Origin: Thermoplasmatota archaeon
GTDB taxonomy: Archaea > Thermoplasmatota > Penumbrarchaeia > Penumbrarchaeales > Penumbrarchaeaceae
Direction: 5' to 3'
NCBI GenBank assembly: GCA_965234725.1
Contig: CBDDUX010000063.1
Span: 15,281 to 79,280, forward strand
Length of the DNA stretch: 64,000 bases
In this document: piece after piece, positions 47,749-56,408 of the stretch
How positions within the stretch are numbered: the stretch's first letter is position 1
Layout of the letters: every line of letters begins with the position of its first letter
Notes under the pieces: model-generated
Database searches by the model: none
The model's input: the letters and a program-made list of their open reading frames with translations, nothing else
What the model was told of the DNA's origin: nothing
Translations under genes and position numbers: made by a program

Positions 47749-48650
47749 CTCACGATAGAGTTCATTATCACCTTGAATACCAAGGTTCTTCCAGAGACCT
47801 CGCGGTTGAAATCAATTGTTATGATCCCTCCCACGTTTGTGACGATCCCTGTTGGTGGTTCCTGTCCCTGATTGGCCTCAGTAGCCTTCTTGGCCCATAC
47901 CGGGTCAAGGAACATGATATCCGGGAATAATACCGGTTGGGTAGTATCTATCCCATTGATATCGTGTGAAAGTGTTATCACATTCCTGGAACTGGATATA
48001 TCAGAAACGGTCACATTCCAGTTGAACTTCCCATAGACACCCTCATAAGCAGGCTGGTTAAGGATAGTAACGGTATCAGGGTCCTGCTCGATTATCTTGA
48101 CTTCCCAGTCCCAGAAGGGATGCATGAAGGATTCCTGAGAAGCAGGATCGATATTTGGGAAGCGAACCTTGAATTCATCTGCAGGGATATCCTCTCTTAA
48201 GGGAATAGAGGTCTTTGAAGATATGTTGATTTTGAGCTCAGGAAGAACATCACCGTATCCTTCTTTGGGTGGAACTGTTATGTATTTGATGGATCCCACT
48301 GTCATCCCGAGGACACCTTCATCAAATCCCTTGATCATCTGGCCGGAACCGATCGTGAATGTGAGATCATCATATGTGTCCCTGACCGTGAAAGCAGAAG
48401 CCTTGGGAATGGACTCGTTACGGGCATCTTCTGGTATTGTTGTATCGAACAATGCCCCTAACTCTCCCCCGGAACCTAGGAAACGACCGGTATAATCAAC
48501 GGATACCTCATCGCCTTCCTTGGCCAAAAGTATCTCATCTTCCTTCTTGTCGTTTGATTCGCGCTCATCCCACCAGGTAAGGAAGGCAAGCCCACCAACC
48601 ATGAATAGAGCAACGACAACGGCCCCGATGCAGAGAGTTTCATCTTTCAT
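47745..48650 (-). CDS. Membrane-anchored FKBP-type (SlyD-like) PPIase with long insert
   Basis: [42 protein letters not shown]. Confidence 0.88.
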   Translation of the reverse strand: MKDETLCIGAVVVALFMVGGLAFLTWWDERESNDKKEDEILLAKEGDEVSVDYTGRFLGSGGELGALFDTTIPEDARNESIPKASAFTVRDTYDDLTFTIGSGQMIKGFDEGVLGMTVGSIKYITVPPKEGYGDVLPELKINISSKTSIPLREDIPADEFKVRFPNIDPASQESFMHPFWDWEVKIIEQDPDTVTILNQPAYEGVYGKFNWNVTVSDISSSRNVITLSHDINGIDTTQPVLFPDIMFLDPVWAKKATEANQGQEPPTGIVTNVGGIITIDFNREVSGRTLVFKVIMNSIVR

Positions 48651-48677
48651 TTTCAAACACCTTGAATTGAGCGAGGT

Positions 48678-49133
48678 TCAGGGATATAACCATACCTCGT
48701 CTATCTTCTCCATGTCCATTATCTCATCTTCATTGAAGAATATCGAGATCTCACGGTCAGCGCTATCTTTGGAATCAGAGCCGTGAACGACATTCCTTGA
48801 AAGATCTATTGCAAGATCTCCCCTGATCGTTCCGGGAGGACTTTCCCTGGGATCGGTCTTTCCCATCATCTTTCTCATTCCTTCGATGACATTGTCCCCT
48901 TCGATCACCATGGCGACCACAGGTCCCGAAGTGATGAATGAAACTAGGTCATTGAAAAAGGGTTTGCCTACATGCTCTTCGTAATGCTTTGAGGCGGTCC
49001 CCTCATCCACCCTCAACATTTTGAGGGCGGAGACCTTGTATCCTTTGTCCTCGATCCTATCTATGATATTACCCACAAGCGATCTCTGGACGCCGTCGGG
49101 TTTGATCATGAAATAGGTCCTCTCCCGTGCCAA
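48678..49133 (-). CDS. ndk: Nucleoside diphosphate kinase
   Basis: ERTYFMIKPDG, PGTIRGD, NVVHGSD; TTG start with AGGAGTGA RBS. Confidence 0.96.
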   Translation of the reverse strand: MARERTYFMIKPDGVQRSLVGNIIDRIEDKGYKVSALKMLRVDEGTASKHYEEHVGKPFFNDLVSFITSGPVVAMVIEGDNVIEGMRKMMGKTDPRESPPGTIRGDLAIDLSRNVVHGSDSKDSADREISIFFNEDEIMDMEKIDEVWLYP

Positions 49134-49137
49134 ATAA

Positions 49138-49320
49138 TCACTCCTTGACATGGTATTTGGACCATCTGGTCCTTCTGGGTACCCTTTTGAGCTGGATCTG
49201 GTTCTTGTAGCATTTGGTCGAGCAGAAGAAGAATACCTTTGCATCCTTCTTCACATACATCCTTCCCGTACCGGGTTCTATCTTTGCTCCACAAAAGGAG
49301 CAGGTTCTTGCCTCTACCAT
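49138..49320 (-). CDS. rpl24e: 50S ribosomal protein L24e
   Basis: CSFCG..IEPGTG.MYV...FCSTKC. Confidence 0.96.
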   Translation of the reverse strand: MVEARTCSFCGAKIEPGTGRMYVKKDAKVFFFCSTKCYKNQIQLKRVPRRTRWSKYHVKE

Positions 49321-49324
49321 TTGC

Positions 49325-49534
49325 TCACCTCACGCTGAGCTTCCTAGCTTCCCTTGCGGATTCCCTGAGCAGGAGTATATCTCCGATCCTGATAGGGCCC
49401 ATGGCATTCCTGGCGATTATCCTTCCCTTGTCCTTGCCGTCGAGTATCCTGACCTTGACCTGTGTGGCCTCTCCGGCCATCCCGGTCTTTCCGATCAATT
49501 CAACGACCTCGGCGGGAATTCCATCAACTGGCAA
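49325..49534 (-). CDS. rps28e: 30S ribosomal protein S28e
   Basis: [34 protein letters not shown]. Confidence 0.96.
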   Translation of the reverse strand: MPVDGIPAEVVELIGKTGMAGEATQVKVRILDGKDKGRIIARNAMGPIRIGDILLLRESAREARKLSVR

Positions 49535-49546
49535 TTGGGTCCCTCC

Positions 49547-49921
49547 TCACTCCTTCTTGTTCAATTCTTGAAGCCTTTTGGAGATGGTCTCCACAAGGAC
49601 CTTTCCCTTTCCGGGTTGAATGATCGCCACTGCCGTTGTGGGGACCTTCAACGAGGCTGTGTTGCCGAGCTCCTGCCTGCTTGGCACATAAGCAAAGGGA
49701 ATATTCTTCTCGTTACACAGGTACGGGACATGCATGAGGATCTCTGGAGGGGTCGTGTCCTCGGCCAGGATCACCAGCCGGGCCTTGCCCCTTTCCACAA
49801 CTTTGGTCACCTCATTGGCACCTTTCCTGATCTTACCTGTGTCCCTGGCAAGCTCAACGGCCTCGTATACAGATTCGACAAGGTCCTTGGGCATCTCGAA
49901 CTTCACGAAACTTGCTGGCAT
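49547..49921 (-). CDS. rpl7ae: 50S ribosomal protein L7Ae
   Basis: [37 protein letters not shown]. Confidence 0.96.
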   Translation of the reverse strand: MPASFVKFEMPKDLVESVYEAVELARDTGKIRKGANEVTKVVERGKARLVILAEDTTPPEILMHVPYLCNEKNIPFAYVPSRQELGNTASLKVPTTAVAIIQPGKGKVLVETISKRLQELNKKE

Positions 49922-50122
49922 GTGATTACCTCCTTCGGGCCTATGGAATATTTCTCCATGGCCTTCATCATTCATTGGCTCTCGGTCAGAGCAATCTCAG
50001 TATAAAAGCCTCCTATAAATACGTTTCCGGTTCTGGACAAGGAGTCCTTCTAGTATGGTCAGAGTATCAATGGAGAGGAAAAACGACTATATTTTTATTA
50101 CCTTGTAAAGGAAATCCCATCC

Positions 50123-50734
50123 ATGGCCGGTGAAGGTTTGAATGAGGATGAGAAGCTTCTCAAGGAAAGAGAGCTGACCCTTCGCAATGATAAAAGACGG
50201 CAGGCCGAGTGGTATGAATCACTCAACCTCTATGCCGAGGCAATGAAGGTCTTTGAATCGATCCAGGACCAGGAAAATATTGTTCGGCTAAGGGAAAAGA
50301 TGAGGAAGGATTATGGAAAGAATGCCAGATCTCTTGAGGACAAGGGAAGGTTCCAGGATGCGGCAAATCTATACTACCTCATCGGGGACAATTCAGGTGT
50401 CAGAAGGATGAAGGAATTGAAGCCGGACCTCGTAATACTCTATGATTCCGAAAACGGAGGGCTGGCAAAGCTCGCAAGCACTCTGGATGAGATTGGACCG
50501 GATGATGATGGTGAAGATCTCTTCTCCAAACCCAATGTCGAGGAAGATGGAGATGAGGTGGAAGAAAAACCGAAGAAAAGGGATATTCCCATCAAGAAAC
50601 CCGCCAAGAAGAAGGAGATCCTGGTACCAACCCCCAGTGAAAAAAGGATCAGATTCTGCCCATACTGCGGTGAAGAACTGACAACCAAGAAAGAACCAAG
50701 GTTCTGCCCCTTCTGTGGCGAGGACATATCTTGA
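50123..50734 (+). CDS. Hypothetical protein with helical repeats and C-terminal zinc ribbon
   Basis: FCPYCG...FCPFCG. Confidence 0.75.
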   Translation: MAGEGLNEDEKLLKERELTLRNDKRRQAEWYESLNLYAEAMKVFESIQDQENIVRLREKMRKDYGKNARSLEDKGRFQDAANLYYLIGDNSGVRRMKELKPDLVILYDSENGGLAKLASTLDEIGPDDDGEDLFSKPNVEEDGDEVEEKPKKRDIPIKKPAKKKEILVPTPSEKRIRFCPYCGEELTTKKEPRFCPFCGEDIS

Positions 50735-51769
50735 TCAATCCCGCTTCCTTAGAGATGGGAGACCAGGAAGCTTCCTCTCTCCCGGTCTTAGCATCTCTGG
50801 CAGATTCTCCCGGCGCATCCTATCGATCATTTCCAGCAGAGTGTGTGTGTGTGAGAATCCATCATATGAGAATATCATCAGGATCACCGCTATGAAAGCG
50901 ATTATTGAACCTACCAGGAACCCAAATGAGAATACAGATAGGAAAGCGGATAGAAGTGCAAGTGAGAAGAATTCCTTCCTGTAAACAAAGAAGGCTGAAA
51001 TCAGGGCCATGATCGAGGCAAGGAACATCAGTGAAGCTGCGACATTGGTAATGAACCCGGAATATGTCTTGGTCTTGAATTGATGAACGAGAATGGGAAG
51101 TTCATCATCTTCAGATCCCTTTTCCATGGGAACATCGATCACATTGGGAGATCCTTTCCTGATTGTAATTCCGCTCTTTACGGTCTTATATCCATCCTTG
51201 TATATGGTCAGGTCCATTTCTCCGGCAACAATATTCTCTATCACAACAAGGCCCTGATCATTGGACATGCCTGAGAAATTCCCTGAACCACTGGACAGTG
51301 AGACATTCACATTATCCAATGCTCTTCCAGAATCAGCATCTATGACCCAGACCGATAGCGTTACCAGACTGGTGGGGCTCTTCTCCTCCAGATCATAGAT
51401 TGAGAAGGTGCCAATGATGGTCGAGAATGAGGAGACCATCCCCAGGATACCGACCATTAAAAGAAGAACGAATATCAATCTCATTCTCCTTTTATGAGGC
51501 AGGTCTAGGACAGTTGACACTTCGGAAGCAATAACAACCTTCTTTTCCGGTTCGATCATAAATGAGGTCGCTTTTTTCGGATGGAAATGTCTGCCATTTA
51601 TCTTGATCGACTCGGACCCACTGTTCCTTTTCTTGATCTCTATATCGAGCTCTTTCTGACATGCGGGGCAGTCAAGTGAGAATGTCCCCTCATCAACGTT
51701 TGGGGGGAGCCTCATCAAGATCTCCTCACCGCATTCGAAACATTCAGCCTCAAGGGTCCTACGGGGCAG
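50735..51769 (-). CDS. Membrane protein: N-terminal Zn ribbon, carboxypeptidase-regulatory-like domain, several TMs; probable CTG start
   Basis: In-frame extension adds CFEC pairing with CPAC; AGGAGG 7 nt upstream of CTG 51769. Confidence 0.72.
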   Translation of the reverse strand: MPRRTLEAECFECGEEILMRLPPNVDEGTFSLDCPACQKELDIEIKKRNSGSESIKINGRHFHPKKATSFMIEPEKKVVIASEVSTVLDLPHKRRMRLIFVLLLMVGILGMVSSFSTIIGTFSIYDLEEKSPTSLVTLSVWVIDADSGRALDNVNVSLSSGSGNFSGMSNDQGLVVIENIVAGEMDLTIYKDGYKTVKSGITIRKGSPNVIDVPMEKGSEDDELPILVHQFKTKTYSGFITNVAASLMFLASIMALISAFFVYRKEFFSLALLSAFLSVFSFGFLVGSIIAFIAVILMIFSYDGFSHTHTLLEMIDRMRRENLPEMLRPGERKLPGLPSLRKRD

Positions 51770-51892
51770 CTACTTTCCTCCTGTTATCTAAAAATGTGGG
51801 CTTGGTTAATTAAACCATGTGGTGTTTTCACCTATTTATTAGGACCTGTCCATTGGAAATGTTGAAATCCATTGATATAGTTGTTGAAATAG

Positions 51893-52597
51893 ATGAGAGA
51901 GGTGGAAAACGGTAACATTGAGGGGTTACAAACACCCCGGCTGTCCAGAGGTCAGCATCTCTTCAGGAGGATGATCCACCTGATCTCTGGATCAGTGGTT
52001 GTCTATTACCTGTTTCCGGACAGCGTCCTCTTTCTACCAAAGGAGATCGTACTGATCCTTGTCATCGGTCTGCTACCTCTTATCATAGAATATATCAGAT
52101 TGTCCAGAGGTGCTATCATTTTCGGTCAGAGGCCACATGAATATGAAGCTGTCGGGTCATATGCATGGTCCCTCTGGGCATCCCTATTCATAATCCTGAT
52201 ATTCCCTCAATCAATAGCGGTTCCTGTCATCTTGATATATTCCTTTGCTGACCCCGTCATGTCCGAACTCAGGGTATGGAAAAAATGGTCGGCTTTCAGC
52301 TTCGGTTTCCTGTTCATATGGATCATGTTCATGGTTTTCGGATTCAATATTGTCCTTGCTGCCTATGGGGCCCTCTTCATGATCATAGGAGAATCCACAG
52401 AACTGAAGGGTATATTGAGGGTCCGGCCTGAGCTGGCCAAATTGTATGAGGTCGAAAATGATATCAAGAAATGGATATTCAAGTTCAAGACGGATGATGA
52501 TGGAACGACCCAGGTTATCCCGGCCCTCTTTCTGGGACTTGCCTATCTATTCTCTCCCTCTTCATTTCCAGGACCGTGGTTGTTCCCACTTTTCTAG
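51893..52597 (+). CDS. Dolichol/phytol kinase-like membrane protein
   Basis: RRMIHL, RPHE...GSY, ADPxxSELR and DDD motifs, multiple TMs. Confidence 0.65.
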   Translation: MREVENGNIEGLQTPRLSRGQHLFRRMIHLISGSVVVYYLFPDSVLFLPKEIVLILVIGLLPLIIEYIRLSRGAIIFGQRPHEYEAVGSYAWSLWASLFIILIFPQSIAVPVILIYSFADPVMSELRVWKKWSAFSFGFLFIWIMFMVFGFNIVLAAYGALFMIIGESTELKGILRVRPELAKLYEVENDIKKWIFKFKTDDDGTTQVIPALFLGLAYLFSPSSFPGPWLFPLF

Positions 52598-52632
52598 TAT
52601 TAACATCAGGATATGGGGATCCCAACACAAAA

Positions 52633-52905
52633 CACCATTTCATGAAATGAGTTGAAATTTTTAAAAATGGTGCAGGCGCCGGGACATGTGAATAATCTAA
52701 GATTATTCACGTGTGTGGAAAATGTTCCATTTTCCAAACATTTGATTCCGCAAAATCAAAGATTTTGCTCAGGTTGAGCATTATCTATCGGCGCTTTAGT
52801 AAAACCAATGCTCAACCACCCAAGGGTTCAAATCCCTCACGTCGATTCCAGAGCACCATTTCATGAAATGAGTTGAAATTTTTAAAAATGGTGCAGGCGC
52901 CGGGA
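52633..52905. repeat. 52-bp perfect direct repeat (tRNA-Gly 3' 17 nt plus 35 nt trailer) enclosing a hairpin-rich insert
   Basis: 52633-52684 identical to 52854-52905; period 221 bp. Confidence 0.95.
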
Positions 52906-52964
52906 TTTGAACCCGGGTTAAAGGCTTGGAAGGCCCTTGTCATAGCCAACTAGACTACGCCTGC
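52889..52964 (-). tRNA. tRNA-Gly(TCC), CCA encoded
   Basis: GCAGGCG/CGCCTGC acceptor stem, loop CTTCCAA, GGGTTCAAATCCC T arm; 76 nt. Confidence 0.96.
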
Positions 52965-52995
52965 GGACTTTTTGAGGAGTAAGGTGATGTTGTTT

Positions 52996-53277
52996 TTAAT
53001 CCTTACTATCATTTTGTTTTTCCATTTTTCCCAACCACTCGACCCATCGGTCCTTCCTGATTCCAACAAGTTTTACTGATTCCAGTCTATCGATCTCATT
53101 CCCACCATCATCGTATGCGATCACAGTGGGAACAAAATTCAACCTGAGTTCAACCCATCCAGGGTCCTGGTGACCATCTAGCATAACCTCCTCCCCATCG
53201 GGATGATCACGGTAAAAGATCCTTCTGAAATGTTTACAGAATGGGCAACTTTCCATCTGATAAAGGACGAATTTCAT
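52996..53277 (-). CDS. Small thioredoxin/glutaredoxin-like protein
   Basis: CPFC plus cis-Pro motif FVPT. Confidence 0.8.
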   Translation of the reverse strand: MKFVLYQMESCPFCKHFRRIFYRDHPDGEEVMLDGHQDPGWVELRLNFVPTVIAYDDGGNEIDRLESVKLVGIRKDRWVEWLGKMEKQNDSKD

Positions 53278-53414
53278 GCAAGGTCCATCACAGGACCCCA
53301 TTTAAGAGTGTTGTCCCCGAAATGTTGATCTTGGATCGTTTCGACCGAAGCTTTTTTATATATGTCTAAATCCCGTTCCAGTCTTACTTAATAAAGAACC
53401 TATCAATCATATCA

Positions 53415-55865
53415 ATGGTGTGCAGGATGAAAACAAACTTCATTGTTATCCTCATGGTGTCTTTGTTGGCCGGTTCAATCTCCATAATATCATTGAGTTC
53501 AGGCCAGGATAGTAACACCATAGATGGGCTTCAGCATATTTCCTTGGTCATCAATTCTGAGGTCCGTAATCATTATGCAGTTACAGAGTTCACTGCCATT
53601 CTAAGCAATCCGTCAGACAAGGACCAGGAAGATATATTCACATTGGAGGTCCCGGATGATGCGATGCTTTCGAACCTCACACTTGAGATCGAAGGTAAGC
53701 AATACTACGCATCCGTTGCCTCGACGGAAGAAGCAAAAGAGAGATACGATAATGCAAAGGAGAACAATGATACAGCTTCACAGGTCACATCCTCTGTACC
53801 GGGCGAATTCCAATTCTATATCAACATAGCTCCTCAGCAGGACCTTAACATCACGATAAGGTATGAACAGGTGATCTCAAAAGTGCTGGGAATGTACAAT
53901 TTCGATCTTGCATTGGATTCAATTGAAGGCTATTCATCCTATGAAGAAGTGGAAACCAGAGTGTCGATCACTGGAATGGGAGATCTCAAACCCTTCGATA
54001 TTTCCGGATCGACCATTGACCTGGAGCAGGCCTGGGATGGCAACAGGACCGTTATCTTGGACCATTCCACTTCAAATCCCAAAGAAAATGATAGAGTGGC
54101 AATCTCCTTCGGAGAGATCTCACCTCCGGCCGAAGGAAGACTTCAGACCTATATAGATGGTGATAGGGGTTACTTCATGCATGTCTTCTCTCCCCAACTT
54201 AAGGATGTGGGTTCCTACCTCCCAAAGGATATTATCTTCATTCTGGACAGATCAGGATCAATGGAGGGACAGAAGATCTCGCAGATGAAGGAAGCCTTCA
54301 ACGAGGTTGTGGACCAGCTTCATGAAGAGGACCGTTTCGATCTGATCACATTCTCTTCCGAGGTCGATACCTGGAAGGGGGAGATAGTGGATGCTACCGA
54401 TGGCAACAAGGAATCGGCCAAGTCGTTCATCAGTCTGATCTCTGCGGGTGGTTCCACCAATATCATCGATGCATTGACCGGTGGACTTAACCAGATGGAG
54501 CTGGACCAAAATAGGGTTCCCGTTATTGTATTCCTAACAGATGGACAACCTACGTCAGGATCCATTCAGAACCCGATGGATATCAGGGAAAGGATCCTGG
54601 ATGAGAACAAGGGAGAAGTGACCATCTATTCTCTTGGATTCGGTGATGACCTGGACTTCGAATTCATCAAAGCACTTTCCCTTGAGAACAACGGCTTTGC
54701 AATAGCCATTCCGGAAGGTGGGGATGCATCTTCTTTGATGACAGGTTTCTACGATACAATTTCAACACCACTTGTGAAGGACCTTCGTTTTGATTATTCC
54801 GGGATGGCATTCGATATCATCCCCACCAGACTTCCATCCCTGTATCAGGGATCAGAAGCTGTGATAGTCGGAAGGTTCGATCCTGATTCCGGATCAATAA
54901 CCTCCAATGTTTCGGGATTTACATCAACTGGAATGAGGTACTGGGAAAGATCCTTCGATGTTGTTGAAAATGAGAACAATGAGTTCATTGAAAGGCTCTG
55001 GGCCCATAGAACCATACTTCGGATCCTTGATGATATCACTGTTGAAGGAGAGACCGATGCTTTGGTGGAAAGAGTAACTTCTCTGGCCCTGAACTACTCC
55101 TTCGTCACACCCTATACCTCCTTCATTCTGGTTATTGAATCAAATGATGATGGGAGTGAACTCTCGGACGATGACAGTATAGGGGATGATCAGACTACCG
55201 ATGGTGACGAAACAAATGACGGGAAAGGTTCATTCCCCGGCATTTATGACCGTACCTCCGGAGATGATGATGACGGAGCAAGTGAATCCAATTCACCTTT
55301 AGATGGAGGAGGAAGCTGGGATGATCTGGATCCGTTGAAATCCCAGGATATCGATGATATGGACAATTTCTTGTTCATCTTAATTCCCATCGGAGTCGTC
55401 CTTCTGATAATCCTTATAATCGGTGCTGTAATTTATACACGGCTAAGAGATGATGAACTGCTCAAACAGGAGAACAGGAAGAAAATCTACGAGTACATAA
55501 TGAACAATCCAGGGGACCATTTCAGGGCCATCCAGAGAGCTGTAGACCTCGAGGTTGGAACCATTTCCCACCACATGAACATCCTGGAAAAGGAACAGCT
55601 GATAGTATCCGAACAGGACGGTAACAATAGGTGTTTCTGGGTGGCTGGTGTAAAAAGGGATACAGGTAAGATCAGGCTTTCGAGGATACAGGAGAACATA
55701 CTGAAGGAGATCCATGATGAGCCTGGAATTACCCAGGTCCAGATAGCTAAAAGGGTCGGAGTTTCAAGGAAGGTGGTCTTCTACCATGTGAAATTCCTGA
55801 CAAATGCGGAAATGGTCCTGGAGGAGAAGATCAAAAGGAGAGCACACTATTATCCCACTGATTGA
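53415..55865 (+). CDS. VIT + vWA extracellular domains, TM, cytoplasmic tandem winged-HTH
   Basis: Signal peptide; VIT-like FTLEVPDDAMLS; MIDAS LDRSGSM..GGSTN..LTDG; FVTPYTS; TM; NRKKIYEYIMNNPG.HF and PGITQVQIAKRVG. Confidence 0.85.
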   Translation: MVCRMKTNFIVILMVSLLAGSISIISLSSGQDSNTIDGLQHISLVINSEVRNHYAVTEFTAILSNPSDKDQEDIFTLEVPDDAMLSNLTLEIEGKQYYASVASTEEAKERYDNAKENNDTASQVTSSVPGEFQFYINIAPQQDLNITIRYEQVISKVLGMYNFDLALDSIEGYSSYEEVETRVSITGMGDLKPFDISGSTIDLEQAWDGNRTVILDHSTSNPKENDRVAISFGEISPPAEGRLQTYIDGDRGYFMHVFSPQLKDVGSYLPKDIIFILDRSGSMEGQKISQMKEAFNEVVDQLHEEDRFDLITFSSEVDTWKGEIVDATDGNKESAKSFISLISAGGSTNIIDALTGGLNQMELDQNRVPVIVFLTDGQPTSGSIQNPMDIRERILDENKGEVTIYSLGFGDDLDFEFIKALSLENNGFAIAIPEGGDASSLMTGFYDTISTPLVKDLRFDYSGMAFDIIPTRLPSLYQGSEAVIVGRFDPDSGSITSNVSGFTSTGMRYWERSFDVVENENNEFIERLWAHRTILRILDDITVEGETDALVERVTSLALNYSFVTPYTSFILVIESNDDGSELSDDDSIGDDQTTDGDETNDGKGSFPGIYDRTSGDDDDGASESNSPLDGGGSWDDLDPLKSQDIDDMDNFLFILIPIGVVLLIILIIGAVIYTRLRDDELLKQENRKKIYEYIMNNPGDHFRAIQRAVDLEVGTISHHMNILEKEQLIVSEQDGNNRCFWVAGVKRDTGKIRLSRIQENILKEIHDEPGITQVQIAKRVGVSRKVVFYHVKFLTNAEMVLEEKIKRRAHYYPTD

Positions 55866-55916
55866 TAATCTGGAATCGGAATATGTAATTAACAAAAAAG
55901 ACGATTGTGTGAACCG

Positions 55917-56408
55917 ATGAAGATTATCCTCGATGCGTCAGCATTCCTTTCCGGCAGGATCACATCACTACCAGGTTCACCTGGGGATGTATTCGTTACA
56001 CCGGAAGTGGTGAGGGAGATCGCACACGGTAGACCTAAAAGAACAATCGATAACCTCCTCTTATCAGGTCTGCAGATGAAGAGCCCAAATGATCTTAAAG
56101 ATGCAAAGAAGGCCGCAGAAAGGACAGGTGATTTGGGACTTCTATCACCTGCAGATCTTTCCGTCATTGCCCTTGCTATGGAAATAAATGGATCTGTTGT
56201 CATGACAGATGATTTCAGGATTCAGAATGTCCTTCTATCACTGGATATGAAATTCATCACTGCCGGTGAGATCGGAGATCGGACCATCAAAGAGGTCTGG
56301 GATTGGACCTATAGATGCAGAGGATGTAAAAAAATCTTCCAAGATCCTCCAGGAATCGATTGTCCCATATGTGGTTCGGAGATCAGGAAGGTCAGGAAAA
56401 TGTCCTAA
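55917..56408 (+). CDS. nob1: Nob1-family PIN endonuclease with Zn ribbon
   Basis: ILDASAF, TGD...LS.AD.SVIALA, TDDF.IQNV, CRGC...CPICG. Confidence 0.9.
   Translation: MKIILDASAFLSGRITSLPGSPGDVFVTPEVVREIAHGRPKRTIDNLLLSGLQMKSPNDLKDAKKAAERTGDLGLLSPADLSVIALAMEINGSVVMTDDFRIQNVLLSLDMKFITAGEIGDRTIKEVWDWTYRCRGCKKIFQDPPGIDCPICGSEIRKVRKMS

Noticed and set aside
49214..50005. 263-aa + strand ORF
   Set aside because: Antisense to rps28e and rpl7ae.
30922..52633. One large integrated island between the two tRNAs
   Set aside because: Interval holds core genes (ribosomal proteins, trm1, tfs); duplications are local to each tRNA; no integrase.
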